From the IMG/VR virus record IMGVR_UViG_3300032288_002134, positions 872 through 64,871 of that record: a stretch of DNA of 64,000 bases; one strand, 5' to 3'. The DNA is from a virus. Its lineage: Duplodnaviria; Caudoviricetes. Below the pieces are notes generated by a model. The model ran no database searches and was not told the origin of the DNA. It saw nothing but the letters and a program-made list of their open reading frames with translations. Positions 16,775 to 27,790 of the stretch are shown here, piece after piece. A program made the translations under genes and the position numbers. The stretch's first letter is position 1, and the number at the start of each line of letters is the position of its first letter.

Positions 16775-17620
16775 ATGATAATTCAAAAACTAACAAACGG
16801 TAATTTAATAATACCAGTAAGAGCTACAAGAGCTGACAATCCAAATTATTGTGTAGTCCAACAAACTGGAGTACAATTATATTTAGAAGAAAGTTTTATA
16901 AGAGTAGTTCAAAATGATAATATTGTAGGTTTTATTGCTACATCAGATGTAACTGATACTCAGATATTGCCAAATGCGCCAGTACCATTTACCGGAACTA
17001 CATTTGACTTGCTTGACTTGCTTGCTACTAGCTTTTTTATTTTATCTACTGACCTTGCTGGCATTCAAGCAGAAGTTGATGCACTTCAAGACCTTTTAAA
17101 CTATAAGGTTTATACAGCTTTATTAACTCAATCAGGAGATGGCACAAGTACTTTCACAGTCGGACCATTGAGTGTAGGCAAAACATATGAAATAACAAAC
17201 TACCAAGCAGGTGACGATTTTACGAATGTAGCTAACATAATTAGCGGTACAATCAATACAAATGGTTGTATATTTATAGCGACAGGTACATCTCCTCTTG
17301 ATTGGTCTAATGGTACAGAAGTAACAGACACTTCAGCTCCAGTTTCTACTATCCTGAAAAACACTTTGATTGGTGTTCCGGTTTGGAGTTATGATTCCGT
17401 TGGTACTTATAAATTAACACTATTAGGTGGCTTTTATGGAAATGTTACATTAACTGTAGGAAATCAATTCAATGCAGATGCTTATTGTATATCTACCACA
17501 AGTACTTATACACAAGATGAAATAAACATATTCACTTCGCTGTTAACTAATATCGGAGGTGGCGATGATGGAGTTTTAGAAAATACTTATATAGAAATAA
17601 GAGTATATCCAATAGTATAA
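16775..17620 (+). CDS. putative tail fibre/structural protein
   Basis: YKVYTALLTQSG...IEIRVY module; beta-rich. Confidence 0.55.
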   Translation: MIIQKLTNGNLIIPVRATRADNPNYCVVQQTGVQLYLEESFIRVVQNDNIVGFIATSDVTDTQILPNAPVPFTGTTFDLLDLLATSFFILSTDLAGIQAEVDALQDLLNYKVYTALLTQSGDGTSTFTVGPLSVGKTYEITNYQAGDDFTNVANIISGTINTNGCIFIATGTSPLDWSNGTEVTDTSAPVSTILKNTLIGVPVWSYDSVGTYKLTLLGGFYGNVTLTVGNQFNADAYCISTTSTYTQDEINIFTSLLTNIGGGDDGVLENTYIEIRVYPIV

Positions 17621-17847
17621 TGGACATTAGAAAAATATCAATAGGTCCTGATTATAAGAATAATGCAATGCACTACATTGTAGGTCAAAAGATTTTAAAT
17701 GACAGCAATGAGATACATCTTATAAAAAGAGATTGTGATAATTTTTCAATCAAGATATATATCATAAATAAGAAGGGAGAAATAGTTCTTTGGAAAGAAT
17801 TTAATAGAACAATACCAATTTCAATCGAATTTAATATAGACTTTTAA
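17620..17847 (+). CDS. conserved hypothetical protein
   Basis: IRKISIGPDYK..AMHYIVGQ; coupled to neighbours. Confidence 0.7.
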   Translation: MDIRKISIGPDYKNNAMHYIVGQKILNDSNEIHLIKRDCDNFSIKIYIINKKGEIVLWKEFNRTIPISIEFNIDF

Positions 17848-18410
17848 TGAAATCTCCATATCAATTTATAGTAAAACCTATAAATGGGAGTAGATATAAC
17901 AATGTAAAGACAATTGCAGGTGTTGAATTTATCGTCAACACCTCTGAGGAGGAGCATAAATTCTCCAATCGTCATGCAGAAGTTATAGAGACTCCTATTG
18001 ATTATAAAGGACCAATCAAGAATGGTGACATTCTGATAGTCCATCACAATGTTTTTAAATTTTATAATGACATAAAAGGAAGGCGCAAAAGCGGAAAGAG
18101 CTTTTTTAAAGAAGACCTTTTTTTTATTGACGATGAACAGTTCTTTTTATATAATAGTGAAGGAAAGTGGAATGCTCACGACAGATATTGTTTTGTGAAA
18201 CCACTACCGGCAATAGAAAGTTATATAAAGAAGCCGTTCTCTTTAGAGCCGTTAATGGGTACAATGAAATACCCTAATGAATATTTAAGAAGTAAGGGTG
18301 TCAACGAAGGGGATACAGTCTGCTTCGCTCCAACGGGGGAGTATGAATTTGAAATTGATGGTGAAAAGCTATATAGGATGTTCGATCACTTTGTAACTAT
18401 GAAGCTATGA
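17847..18410 (+). CDS. tandem GroES-like-fold protein
   Basis: Two halves: FIVKP...IKNGDILIV and FVKP...VNEGDTVCF...IDGEKLYRM. Confidence 0.55.
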   Translation: MKSPYQFIVKPINGSRYNNVKTIAGVEFIVNTSEEEHKFSNRHAEVIETPIDYKGPIKNGDILIVHHNVFKFYNDIKGRRKSGKSFFKEDLFFIDDEQFFLYNSEGKWNAHDRYCFVKPLPAIESYIKKPFSLEPLMGTMKYPNEYLRSKGVNEGDTVCFAPTGEYEFEIDGEKLYRMFDHFVTMKL

Positions 18411-18685
18411 ATGTAAGAGAGACTAAACTTAGGATAATAGCTGCCGGACAAAAGGCGATAGACGAGCTTATAAAAGTTGCTGAGGAAAAGATAATAAATC
18501 AGGATGGAGATGATATCTCTGCCGACAAGTTAAAGAATGCAGCAGCGACAAAAAGATTGGCTATTTTTGATGCCTTTGAGATACTTAACAAGATAGAATC
18601 CGAGAAAGAGAATATAGAAAACCTTGAAAAGGGGATTAGTAAAGTAGAATCAAAACAAGGCTTTGCGGAAAGAAGATCAAGATAA
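18407..18685 (+). CDS. putative terminase small subunit
   Basis: Helical protein overlapping the TerL start; call is positional. Confidence 0.45.
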   Translation: MNVRETKLRIIAAGQKAIDELIKVAEEKIINQDGDDISADKLKNAAATKRLAIFDAFEILNKIESEKENIENLEKGISKVESKQGFAERRSR

Positions 18686-20912
18686 TCAACTATACAGAGT
18701 AGTAGAAGGGTTGATACCAAATGCTGCTTTAAATAACAAGAACAGAGTTCGCTCATGGCTTTATGGCTATAATGAGCAATATGATGTTGTTGTTATTTCC
18801 AAGACAGGTCAGATAGGTCAGATAATAAACATTTCCGGACTGAATATCGCTCTACCTCCTCCTCCTGAAAGATGTCATAGAAGAAGTGATGTAGCTTCAG
18901 AGCAATATTGGGAGCGATTGCCTATGCCAAAAGAACTTGAACGAATAAATTCTATATTCAATTGGAATGATAAGTCTGCCGACTTTAAAAATAAGTGGGT
19001 TGACTATATCGAACAAGAGTTTGACTATAGAGAGCAAGGTTTTTGGTTCAAGAATAAAGGTGTTTCTTGTTATATTACCGGTTCTCATTATATGTATCTC
19101 CAATGGTCTAGTATTGACGTAGGTTACCCTGACTTTCGAGAAGCTAATAGAATATTCTTTTTGTTTTGGGAGGCTTGCAAGGCAGACCAAAGGTCGTTTG
19201 GAATGATATACCTCAAGATAAGACGTTCTGGTTTCTCTTTTATGTCATCTTCAGAGTGCGTTAACTTAGCCACATTAGCGAAAGATGCCAGGTTAGGTAT
19301 ATTATCTAAGACCGGTGCTGATGCTAAGAAGATGTTTACCGATAAAGTCGTTCCTATAAATAACAAGCTACCTTTCTTCTTCAAGCCTATCATGGATGGT
19401 ATGGATAAGCCAAAGACAGAGTTGGCTTTTCGTGTTCCTGCATCCAAGATATCAAAAAAGAATATGCACGAAATAGGTAACAATGACATAATGGGATTGG
19501 ATACCACTATAGACTGGAAGAACACAGAAGAGAACTCTTATGATGGCGAAAAGTTATTGTTCCTGGCACATGATGAATCAGGTAAGTGGGTAAAACCAAA
19601 TAATATCCTGAATAATTGGCGTGTAACAAAGACTTGTTTGCGTTTAGGTAGTAAGATAATAGGCAAGTGTATGATGGGGTCAACATCGAATGCTTTATCA
19701 AAAGGTGGTGACAACTTCAAGAAGTTATACGAGGATTCAAACATAGCAGTAAGGAACGCTAACGGACAAACAAAGAGTGGTATGTATGCTTTGTTTATTC
19801 CTATGGAATGGAATATGGAGGGCTTCATAGATGTCTATGGTATGCCGGTGTTTAAAAAGCCTGTAGAACCCATAAAAGGGGTTGATGGTGGCACTGTAAA
19901 GAATGGGGCGGTAGATTATTGGGAAAACGAGGTAGAGTCTCTTAAAAACGATTCAGATGCATTAAACGAGTTCTATAGACAGTTTCCAAGAACAGAGTCT
20001 CATGCGTTCAGAGATGAAAGTAAGCAGGCTTTGTTTAACTTGACAAAGATATATCAGCAGATTGACTATAATGATTCTTTGATAATGGATCATTATGTAA
20101 CTAGAGGATCGTTTTCATGGAAGGATGGCATAAAAGATACTAAGGTTATATGGACACCAAATAGGAACGGTCGTTTCCTTATTAGTTGGTTTCCAAAATC
20201 GAATTATCAAAACAATGTTTATACTCAGAATGGAATAAAGTTTCCAGGTAATGAATACTTAGGGTCTTTCGGTTGTGACTCTTATGATATATCAGCAGTA
20301 GTAGGTGGCAGAGGGTCAAATGGTTCATTACATGGTATGACAAAGTTTCACATGGATGATGCACCGGTAAATGAGTTTTTTTTAGAATATATAGCTAGAC
20401 CACAGACAGCAGAGATATTTTTTGAAGATGTTTTAATGGCGTGTGTTTTTTACGGAATGCCAATATTGATAGAGAATAATAAACCAAGGTTATTGTACCA
20501 TTTTAAGAATAGAGGATATAGAGGATTTTGCATGAACAGACCTGACAGACCATTGGCAAAACTAACAAAGACAGAGCGTGAATTAGGTGGTATCCCTAAC
20601 TCTTCTGAGGATGTTAAGCAGGCTCATGCTTCAGCGATAGAAAGCTATATCGAAAAGTATATTGGTTATGACCAAACAGGAACGTATAGAGACACAGACC
20701 AAATAGGGTCAATGTATTTTGCAAGGACATTAGAAGATTGGGCAAAGTTTGATATTAACGATAGAACTAAATTTGATGCATCTATAAGCTCAGGACTAGC
20801 TATAATGGCTAACCAAAAGCACCTTTATATGCCGGAAAAGAAAGAATCAAAAATTATTATTAACTTTGCGAGATATGCAAACGATGGGTTAACAAGTCAA
20901 CTAATCAAATGA
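18663..20912 (+). CDS. terL: terminase large subunit
   Basis: Walker A LKIRRSGFS, Walker B LAHDESGK, RNaseH-like GCDSYD; start codon uncertain. Confidence 0.88.
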   Translation: MRKEDQDNQLYRVVEGLIPNAALNNKNRVRSWLYGYNEQYDVVVISKTGQIGQIINISGLNIALPPPPERCHRRSDVASEQYWERLPMPKELERINSIFNWNDKSADFKNKWVDYIEQEFDYREQGFWFKNKGVSCYITGSHYMYLQWSSIDVGYPDFREANRIFFLFWEACKADQRSFGMIYLKIRRSGFSFMSSSECVNLATLAKDARLGILSKTGADAKKMFTDKVVPINNKLPFFFKPIMDGMDKPKTELAFRVPASKISKKNMHEIGNNDIMGLDTTIDWKNTEENSYDGEKLLFLAHDESGKWVKPNNILNNWRVTKTCLRLGSKIIGKCMMGSTSNALSKGGDNFKKLYEDSNIAVRNANGQTKSGMYALFIPMEWNMEGFIDVYGMPVFKKPVEPIKGVDGGTVKNGAVDYWENEVESLKNDSDALNEFYRQFPRTESHAFRDESKQALFNLTKIYQQIDYNDSLIMDHYVTRGSFSWKDGIKDTKVIWTPNRNGRFLISWFPKSNYQNNVYTQNGIKFPGNEYLGSFGCDSYDISAVVGGRGSNGSLHGMTKFHMDDAPVNEFFLEYIARPQTAEIFFEDVLMACVFYGMPILIENNKPRLLYHFKNRGYRGFCMNRPDRPLAKLTKTERELGGIPNSSEDVKQAHASAIESYIEKYIGYDQTGTYRDTDQIGSMYFARTLEDWAKFDINDRTKFDASISSGLAIMANQKHLYMPEKKESKIIINFARYANDGLTSQLIK

Positions 20913-23344
20913 AAGACATAGTAATAGATATACAGTATTCAGATTTCCCTAACCAATGGGCTACAGATGCAGAAAAGGCTTCTGAAGGGTATGGCTTACA
21001 GGTAGGACAAGCAATTCAATATGAATGGTTTAGAAAAGATGGTACTTCGTGTAGATACTATAGTCGCTGGAGAGATTACCATAGGGTAAGACTCTATGCA
21101 AGGGGCGAACAACCGATAGGAAAGTATAAAGACGAACTTGCTATAGATGGTGACTTGTCTTATCTTAATATAGACTGGACTCCTGTTCCGGTCATACCAA
21201 AGTTTGTTGACATCGTTGTCAATGGAATGACAGAGAGGTTATTCAAGCCAAAAGCATACGCTCAAGATGCTATGTCCTTGGCTAAAAGGAATAAGTATCA
21301 GGAAATGATTGAGACTCAGATGGCAGGTAAACCTGTCCTTGAGAAGGTACAACAACTTACTGGTATCAATCCATTTATGATGAACCCTGAACAGCTTCCT
21401 CAAAACGATGAGGAGCTTTCATTGTATATGCAGATACATTATAAGCCTGCAATAGAGATAGCGGAAGAGGTTGCAATAAATACAATATTTGACGAGAACC
21501 ACTACGATGACATAAGAAAAAGACTTGATTATGACATGACCGTTATCGGTATTGGCATAGCAAAGCATGAGTTTTTATTAGGTGAAGGTGTAAAAATATC
21601 TTATGTTGATCCTGCTAACATGGTATATAGTTATACTGAAGACCCATTCTTCAAGGATTGTTTCTATTGGGGTGAGATAAAGACAGTTCCATTAACAGAA
21701 CTTTATAAGATAAACCCAAAACTAACAAAGGATGACTTACAGCAAATATCAAAATATAGCCAAGGATGGTATGACTATTATAATGTTGCTCGTTATTATG
21801 AGAATAGCTTATTCTTCAGAGACACTTGCACGTTATTGTATTTCAACTATAAGACAACCAAAAAGGTTGTATATAAAAAGAAAAAGTTAGAGGGTGGTGG
21901 TGAAAGAGTAATACCAAAAGATGATACGTTTAATCCTCCGACAGAGATGATGGAAGAGGGTAACTTTGAAAAGTTAGAAAAGACTATTGATGTATGGTAC
22001 GAAGGTGTCATGGTCATGGGAACTAACTATCTTTTGAAGTGGCAGATGGCAGAGAATATGGTAAGACCAAAATCTTCAAGCCAACACGCCATGCCAATGT
22101 ATGTAGCTTGCGCTCCAAGAATGTACAAGGGAGTAATAGAGTCATTAGTAAGAAGGATGATACCTTTTGCTGACCTTATACAGATAACCCACTTAAAGTT
22201 ACAACAAGTAATAAACAGGATAGTACCTGATGGTGTATTCATTGATGCCGATGGTCTTAACGAGGTTGACCTAGGTACAGGTAACGCCTATAATCCGGAA
22301 GATGCTTTGCGTTTGTATTTTCAAACAGGTAGTGTTATTGGTAGGAGCTTTACTCAGGATGGTGACTTTAACAATGCGAGAGTTCCCATAACTCAACTTA
22401 CGTCAAACTCTGGTGCTGCCAAAACACAAATGTTGATAGCTAACTACCAACACTATATGGATATGATTAGGACTGTAACAGGTCTTAATGAGGCAAGGGA
22501 TGGATCTACGCCAGACCCTAACTCTTTGGTTGGTTTACAAAAGATGGCTGCCCTTAACTCAAATACTGCGACAAGGCATATATTGGATAGCGGTCTATAT
22601 ATCTACAGGACATTAGCAGAGGCTATAACATACAGAGTAGCTGACGTATTAGAATACTCTGATTTTAAAGATGATTTTGCCACAAGGATAGGTCGTTATA
22701 ATGTATCAATACTTGATGACATAAAGGAACTTTATCTTTATGACTTTGGTATCTTTATTGAGGTATCTCCGGATGAAGAGCAGAAAGCACAATTGGAAGC
22801 AAATATACAAGTTGCTTTGGCAAAAGGTGGTATAGACTTAGAAGATGCTATAGACATCAGAGAGCTGAAGAATATAAAACTTGCTAATCAATTACTTAAA
22901 GTAAAGCGTGTAAAAAACAAAGAGCAGCAACAGCAACAGCAAATGCAATTGCAAGCTATGCAGGCACAACAAGCTATGCAGGTACAACAGATGGCTTCTG
23001 AGACTGCTATGAAAAAGATACAGATGGAGGCTCAGTCAAAAGTACAAGTATTCCAGGCACAGGCAGAAGTAGAGATGAAAAAGATGCAGTTTGAAGCTAA
23101 TTTAAAATCTCAGTTGATGGCAGAGGAATACCAATACAACATGGAAATGTATAATATGGAATCAGGTACATTGACTGATAGAGACAAGATGAAAGAGGAA
23201 GAGAAGAAGAAAAGGATAGGTATTCAGAATACTCAACAGTCAAAATTGATAAACCAAAGAAAGAATAATCTACCTCCTATGAACTTTGAATCTAACGAAG
23301 ATAGTTTGGATGGATTTGATTTAGCAGAATTTAATCCTAGATAA
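20909..23344 (+). CDS. portal protein
   Basis: 811 aa after TerL; PVIPKFVDIVV; Q-rich C-terminal coiled coil. Confidence 0.8.
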   Translation: MKDIVIDIQYSDFPNQWATDAEKASEGYGLQVGQAIQYEWFRKDGTSCRYYSRWRDYHRVRLYARGEQPIGKYKDELAIDGDLSYLNIDWTPVPVIPKFVDIVVNGMTERLFKPKAYAQDAMSLAKRNKYQEMIETQMAGKPVLEKVQQLTGINPFMMNPEQLPQNDEELSLYMQIHYKPAIEIAEEVAINTIFDENHYDDIRKRLDYDMTVIGIGIAKHEFLLGEGVKISYVDPANMVYSYTEDPFFKDCFYWGEIKTVPLTELYKINPKLTKDDLQQISKYSQGWYDYYNVARYYENSLFFRDTCTLLYFNYKTTKKVVYKKKKLEGGGERVIPKDDTFNPPTEMMEEGNFEKLEKTIDVWYEGVMVMGTNYLLKWQMAENMVRPKSSSQHAMPMYVACAPRMYKGVIESLVRRMIPFADLIQITHLKLQQVINRIVPDGVFIDADGLNEVDLGTGNAYNPEDALRLYFQTGSVIGRSFTQDGDFNNARVPITQLTSNSGAAKTQMLIANYQHYMDMIRTVTGLNEARDGSTPDPNSLVGLQKMAALNSNTATRHILDSGLYIYRTLAEAITYRVADVLEYSDFKDDFATRIGRYNVSILDDIKELYLYDFGIFIEVSPDEEQKAQLEANIQVALAKGGIDLEDAIDIRELKNIKLANQLLKVKRVKNKEQQQQQQMQLQAMQAQQAMQVQQMASETAMKKIQMEAQSKVQVFQAQAEVEMKKMQFEANLKSQLMAEEYQYNMEMYNMESGTLTDRDKMKEEEKKKRIGIQNTQQSKLINQRKNNLPPMNFESNEDSLDGFDLAEFNPR

Positions 23345-23393
23345 ATACAATTTAAAATAATTTTTATAATTTTGTCAAATAAAATCTAATCAA

Positions 23394-24467
23394 ATGGAAT
23401 TTAAAGTAAGAGAAGTAAAACTAGACGAACCAAAAAGCGTTCAAGAGATAGAAAAAGAATTGATTGAAAAACATGAACAATCTTTGGATCAACAACAAGA
23501 GTCACAGATTATCATGGATAATCCTCAAGATGTTGAACTAAGAGAAGAAGATGTTCTTTCATATATAGGTAAAAGATATAACAAGCAGATAAACTCTTTT
23601 GATGAGTTAATGTCAGAGCGTAACAATTCTGAAGAACTACCTGAAGATGTTGCTGCTTTTTTGAAGTATAAAAAAGAAACAGGCAGAGGCTTTGATGACT
23701 TTCTCAAGTTGAGAAAAGATTTTGATGCTATGCCTGAAGATCAATTGTTAAAAGACTATTTAGTATCCACTCAAGAAGGTCTTGATGCCGATGACATTGA
23801 GTCTATGATGGATGACTATAGATATGATGAGGATTATGATGATGAGTCTCATATCAAAAAGACTAAGATAGCAAGAAAGAAAGCTATTAACGAAGCGAAA
23901 AAATTTTTTAATTCTCAGAAAGAGCAATATAAAATGCCACTTGAGTCAAGTCCGGCTAATATGTCTAGAGAGGAGAAGGAGGAATTTGAATCGTATCGTC
24001 AATATATTAAGCAATCTAAAACTTACGAAGAGGAGATTAGCCGTAAACGTGAATGGTTTGAACAAAAAACAAACGAAATTTTCGGTTCAGAATTCAAAGG
24101 TTTTGAATTTAGTCTGAACAACAAAAAGGTTTCTTTCTCCCCTGGCGATGCCAATGAGTTAAAAAGATTACATTCTAATCCTTCTGGTTTTATCGGGAAG
24201 TTCCTGGATGAGAATGGTATGATTAAAGATGCTCAAGGGTATCATAGAGCTTTAGCTGTTGCTATGAATCCAGAACGCTTTGCCAAGTTCTTTTACGAAC
24301 AAGGTCAAGCAGATGCGACAGATGACCTTATGAAGAAGACAAAAAATATAAATATGTCTGAGCGTAAGGCTACTGAAGCAACAAAAACAAATGATGGCTT
24401 CCAAGTGAAAGAACTTAATCCGGATCATGGAAAAAGTCTAAAAATTAAAAGCATTAGAAAATTTTAA
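23394..24467 (+). CDS. putative scaffolding protein
   Basis: Acidic helical protein between portal and capsid. Confidence 0.55.
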   Translation: MEFKVREVKLDEPKSVQEIEKELIEKHEQSLDQQQESQIIMDNPQDVELREEDVLSYIGKRYNKQINSFDELMSERNNSEELPEDVAAFLKYKKETGRGFDDFLKLRKDFDAMPEDQLLKDYLVSTQEGLDADDIESMMDDYRYDEDYDDESHIKKTKIARKKAINEAKKFFNSQKEQYKMPLESSPANMSREEKEEFESYRQYIKQSKTYEEEISRKREWFEQKTNEIFGSEFKGFEFSLNNKKVSFSPGDANELKRLHSNPSGFIGKFLDENGMIKDAQGYHRALAVAMNPERFAKFFYEQGQADATDDLMKKTKNINMSERKATEATKTNDGFQVKELNPDHGKSLKIKSIRKF

Positions 24468-24479
24468 AAATTAAAAATC

Positions 24480-25910
24480 ATGGCTTTATTAAACAATCCT
24501 ACGTTTGCGTTGCAACCATCTGCGGAAAGGATGGTTTTGTCAACAAACTACATTACTAACTTTAACTTTTTAAATCAGTATCTTCCAGATACTTACGAGA
24601 AAGAATTTGAGCGTTATGGTAACAGAACTATTGCCTCTTTCTTGCGTATGGTAGGTGCTGAAATGCCTTCTAATTCAGACCAAGTAAGATGGGCTGAACA
24701 AGGTCGTTTGCACATTAAATATAGACTTTGTAATGCTACTGCTGTTGCCGGTGGTGTTGGTACTTTTACTATTACTGACCCTGGTGCTACAACTGCTGCT
24801 ATCCGTATCGGTCAAACGGTATTTATTCAAAACAATGCCACAGGTGTATCAAATAAAGCAGTAGTAACTGCTGCTGCCGGTTTGGTTATTACTGTTGCAT
24901 TTTACGAAGCTGTTGTTAACATTGTTAACACTAATGTTTGTACTATCTTTATCTACGGTTCTGAATTTAGAAAAGGAACTACAGGTATGGTTGGTTCAAT
25001 CGAAAGCGAAGATACTATTTTTTCTAACAAGCCAATAATTATCAAAGACAGATATATTGTCAATGGTTCTGACATGGCTCAGATTGGTTGGGTTGAAGTA
25101 ACAACTGAAAACGGGGCTACAGGGTATCTTTGGTATTTGAAGAGCGAGCATGAGACAAGACTTCGTTTTGAAGACTACCTTGAAACATCTATGATTGAGA
25201 CTGTTCCTGCTGAAGTTGGTTCAGGTGCTATTTCAGTATTAGGTGTAGTCGGTCAAGCCGGATCTGCTGGTTCAGAAGGAGTATTTTTTGTTGTTAACAA
25301 TCGTGGTAACGTATGGGGTGCAGGTACACCAACCACTTTGCCTGATTGGGATACTATCGTTCAACGTCTTGACTTCCAAGGTGCTATCGAAGAGAATGTT
25401 GTATTTGTAAATCGTCAATTCAGCTTTGACATTGATGGTATGCTTGCCGGATTAAACGGTGCAAGTACAGCTGCTCCTGCTACTCCTTCATTTGGTGCTT
25501 CTTATGGTCTGTTTGACAATGACATGACTATGGCTTTGAACCTTGGCTTCTCAGGTTTCAGACGTGGTTATGACTTCTACAAGTCAGATTGGAAATACTT
25601 GAATGACCCAACCATGCGTGGTGGTCTTTCTACTGCTGTTACGGCTGCCGGTACAGTAACAGGTCTTCTTGTTCCTGCTGGTTCTACAAGTGTTTATGAC
25701 CAAATCATGGGTAAAAACGCTAAGAGACCATTCTTACACGTTAGATATCGTGCTACAGAGACAGAAGATAGACGTTACAAGACTTGGATCACAGGTTCTG
25801 CCGGTGGTGCTGCCAATAGCGATTTAGATGCTATGGAGGTAAACTTCTTGTCTGAGCGTTGTATTTGTACTCTTGGTGCTAACAACTTTGTATTGTTTAG
25901 ATACGGATAG
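24480..25910 (+). CDS. major capsid protein
   Basis: Position, strongly biased codons, downstream terminator, WAEQGRLH motif. Confidence 0.8.
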   Translation: MALLNNPTFALQPSAERMVLSTNYITNFNFLNQYLPDTYEKEFERYGNRTIASFLRMVGAEMPSNSDQVRWAEQGRLHIKYRLCNATAVAGGVGTFTITDPGATTAAIRIGQTVFIQNNATGVSNKAVVTAAAGLVITVAFYEAVVNIVNTNVCTIFIYGSEFRKGTTGMVGSIESEDTIFSNKPIIIKDRYIVNGSDMAQIGWVEVTTENGATGYLWYLKSEHETRLRFEDYLETSMIETVPAEVGSGAISVLGVVGQAGSAGSEGVFFVVNNRGNVWGAGTPTTLPDWDTIVQRLDFQGAIEENVVFVNRQFSFDIDGMLAGLNGASTAAPATPSFGASYGLFDNDMTMALNLGFSGFRRGYDFYKSDWKYLNDPTMRGGLSTAVTAAGTVTGLLVPAGSTSVYDQIMGKNAKRPFLHVRYRATETEDRRYKTWITGSAGGAANSDLDAMEVNFLSERCICTLGANNFVLFRYG

Positions 25911-25931
25911 TCGTAAGTCCATTATATTTTG

Positions 25932-25960
25932 GAGAGTGTCAGAAATGGCACTCTCTTTTT
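25932..25960 (+). terminator. intrinsic terminator
   Basis: GAGAGTGTCA-GAAA-TGGCACTCTC followed by T5. Confidence 0.8.
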
Positions 25961-25986
25961 AAAAATCTAATTAAATTAAATCAATT

Positions 25987-26736
25987 ATGTCAGAAGTAAA
26001 AAAAGCTACGCCTTTAGATAAGGTATATAGATTAAAAAATGGAACTCCATTAGCATATACATTAGCATCAAGGAATCATCCTCGCTTCCCTTTGTTATGG
26101 TTTGATGAAAAAAATAACGTAAACAGACCATTAAGATATGCTTCAAATCAAAAGTCTCCTTTTGAGGATGAGCAAGATGGAAATGCTATTCTTGAGCCAA
26201 TTATATTTGACGATGGATTTTTGACTGTTCCAAAAAATAATCCGGTATTGCAAGCATTTTTGCATTATCATCCTTTGAATGGTAGGATATTTGAAGAAGT
26301 AGATAAGGAAAGAGAAGCAAAAGACGAAGTAGATGAATTGAATATAGAAGTAGATGCTTTGCTTTCAGCTAGACAGTTAAGTATAGAGCAAGTTGAGATG
26401 ATGACAAGGGTATTGTTTGATAGAGACCCAAGTTATATCACTACTGCGGAACTAAGAAGAGATATTCTTGTTTTTGCTAAGAACAATCCAAAAGAGTTTT
26501 TGCAAATATTGAATGATCCTGAATTGAATTATCAGGCAAAAATAAAAACATTCTTTGAGAATAAGTTATTGGTATTCCGTAATGCCGACAAAGAGATTTG
26601 GTTCAATACTGCTACTAACAAGAAAAAGATGTGTTCTATACCATACGGTACAGACCCTTATGAGTTTGCCGGTTTGTATTTAAAGAGTGACGATGGTTTA
26701 GATTACTTGAAGATGTTAGAGACGTTTTTAGTGTAA
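25987..26736 (+). CDS. conserved hypothetical protein
   Basis: 249-aa ORF after the capsid gene. Confidence 0.75.
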   Translation: MSEVKKATPLDKVYRLKNGTPLAYTLASRNHPRFPLLWFDEKNNVNRPLRYASNQKSPFEDEQDGNAILEPIIFDDGFLTVPKNNPVLQAFLHYHPLNGRIFEEVDKEREAKDEVDELNIEVDALLSARQLSIEQVEMMTRVLFDRDPSYITTAELRRDILVFAKNNPKEFLQILNDPELNYQAKIKTFFENKLLVFRNADKEIWFNTATNKKKMCSIPYGTDPYEFAGLYLKSDDGLDYLKMLETFLV

Positions 26737-26761
26737 TTAAATAATATATTTTTTAGTTTTG

Positions 26762-26794
26762 AAAAGAGGGTTTTATTTTATTCCCTCTTTTTTT
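26762..26794 (+). terminator. terminator followed by TATATTTG promoter box
   Basis: AAGAGGG...CCCTCTT plus T-run; TATATTTG at 26795-26802. Confidence 0.6.
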
Positions 26795-26816
26795 TATATT
26801 TGTAAAAAATAAGCAA

Positions 26817-27788
26817 ATGATAAACTCGGTAAGAAACACAGTTCTGTCCGTTGCTAACAAAAACAACTACGGATATATCTCTCCACAAGACTTCAACCTA
26901 TATGCCAAGCAGGCACAGATGGAGATTTATGAAGAATACTTTGGTGCTTATAATAAGATTATAAACATGGAGAATGCTCGTATGGCAGGCACAGACTATG
27001 CCGATATAGAGCAACCTGTCGCTGAAGTATTGGAGACGTTTTTGACTTCAAACTTTATCATTCCAATATTTACTCCATCCGGCATTGTAACCAATCAATA
27101 TTATGCCCCATCTTTTATCACAGTAGGTAATGATTACTACTTGATAAACAAGTTGTTATGTTATACAAGGTTACTTGTAAGTGGTGTAAATAGTAATATA
27201 TCACCGGCTTATGTCTTGATAGATCCGGCAGCAAATTATTTGACAGCAGGTGTTTCTGTAGGTGACATTATAGTTAATACTACTACATATCAATCTGCCA
27301 ATGTTACTGCCATATTGAATGCCACTACATTAAATATATCAGATAGTATATTCACTGTTATTGGTCAAGGTTATGCCATCTATTCTGCATCTAGTGCGAA
27401 CGAGGCAGAGAAGGTCTCTGTAGGCAAGATAACAATGTTGAATACTTCGCTGCTTACTGCACCATCAAATATGTATCCGGCTTATACAATGTCTAACAAC
27501 ATATTGACATTGTACCCTAATACCATTAAAGGTTATGGTGCAACTAATATTGTCTATTTCAGATATCCAAAAGACCCTAAGTGGACTTATATAACTCTTG
27601 CAAATGGAGAGCCTGTATTCGATCAAACGCAATTAGACTATCAGGACTTTGAGCTTCCTTTGGAGGATGAGTATAAGTTGGCTGTGAAGATATTACAATA
27701 CTGTGGTATGTCTATAAGGGAAACTGAACTTACTCAGTTTGGAATGGTTCAAGAACAACAACAAGGAACAATACTTAATCCGCAATAA
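26817..27788 (+). CDS. tail tubular/ring (head-tail adaptor) protein
   Basis: GYISPQDFNLYAKQAQ...YFRYPKDPKW; position. Confidence 0.6.
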   Translation: MINSVRNTVLSVANKNNYGYISPQDFNLYAKQAQMEIYEEYFGAYNKIINMENARMAGTDYADIEQPVAEVLETFLTSNFIIPIFTPSGIVTNQYYAPSFITVGNDYYLINKLLCYTRLLVSGVNSNISPAYVLIDPAANYLTAGVSVGDIIVNTTTYQSANVTAILNATTLNISDSIFTVIGQGYAIYSASSANEAEKVSVGKITMLNTSLLTAPSNMYPAYTMSNNILTLYPNTIKGYGATNIVYFRYPKDPKWTYITLANGEPVFDQTQLDYQDFELPLEDEYKLAVKILQYCGMSIRETELTQFGMVQEQQQGTILNPQ

Positions 27789-27790
27789 TT

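Noticed and set aside
15168-17620. Diversity-generating retroelement target/template pair
   Set aside because: Repeats are in-frame within one gene, no adenine-specific mismatch pattern seen, no reverse transcriptase in the window
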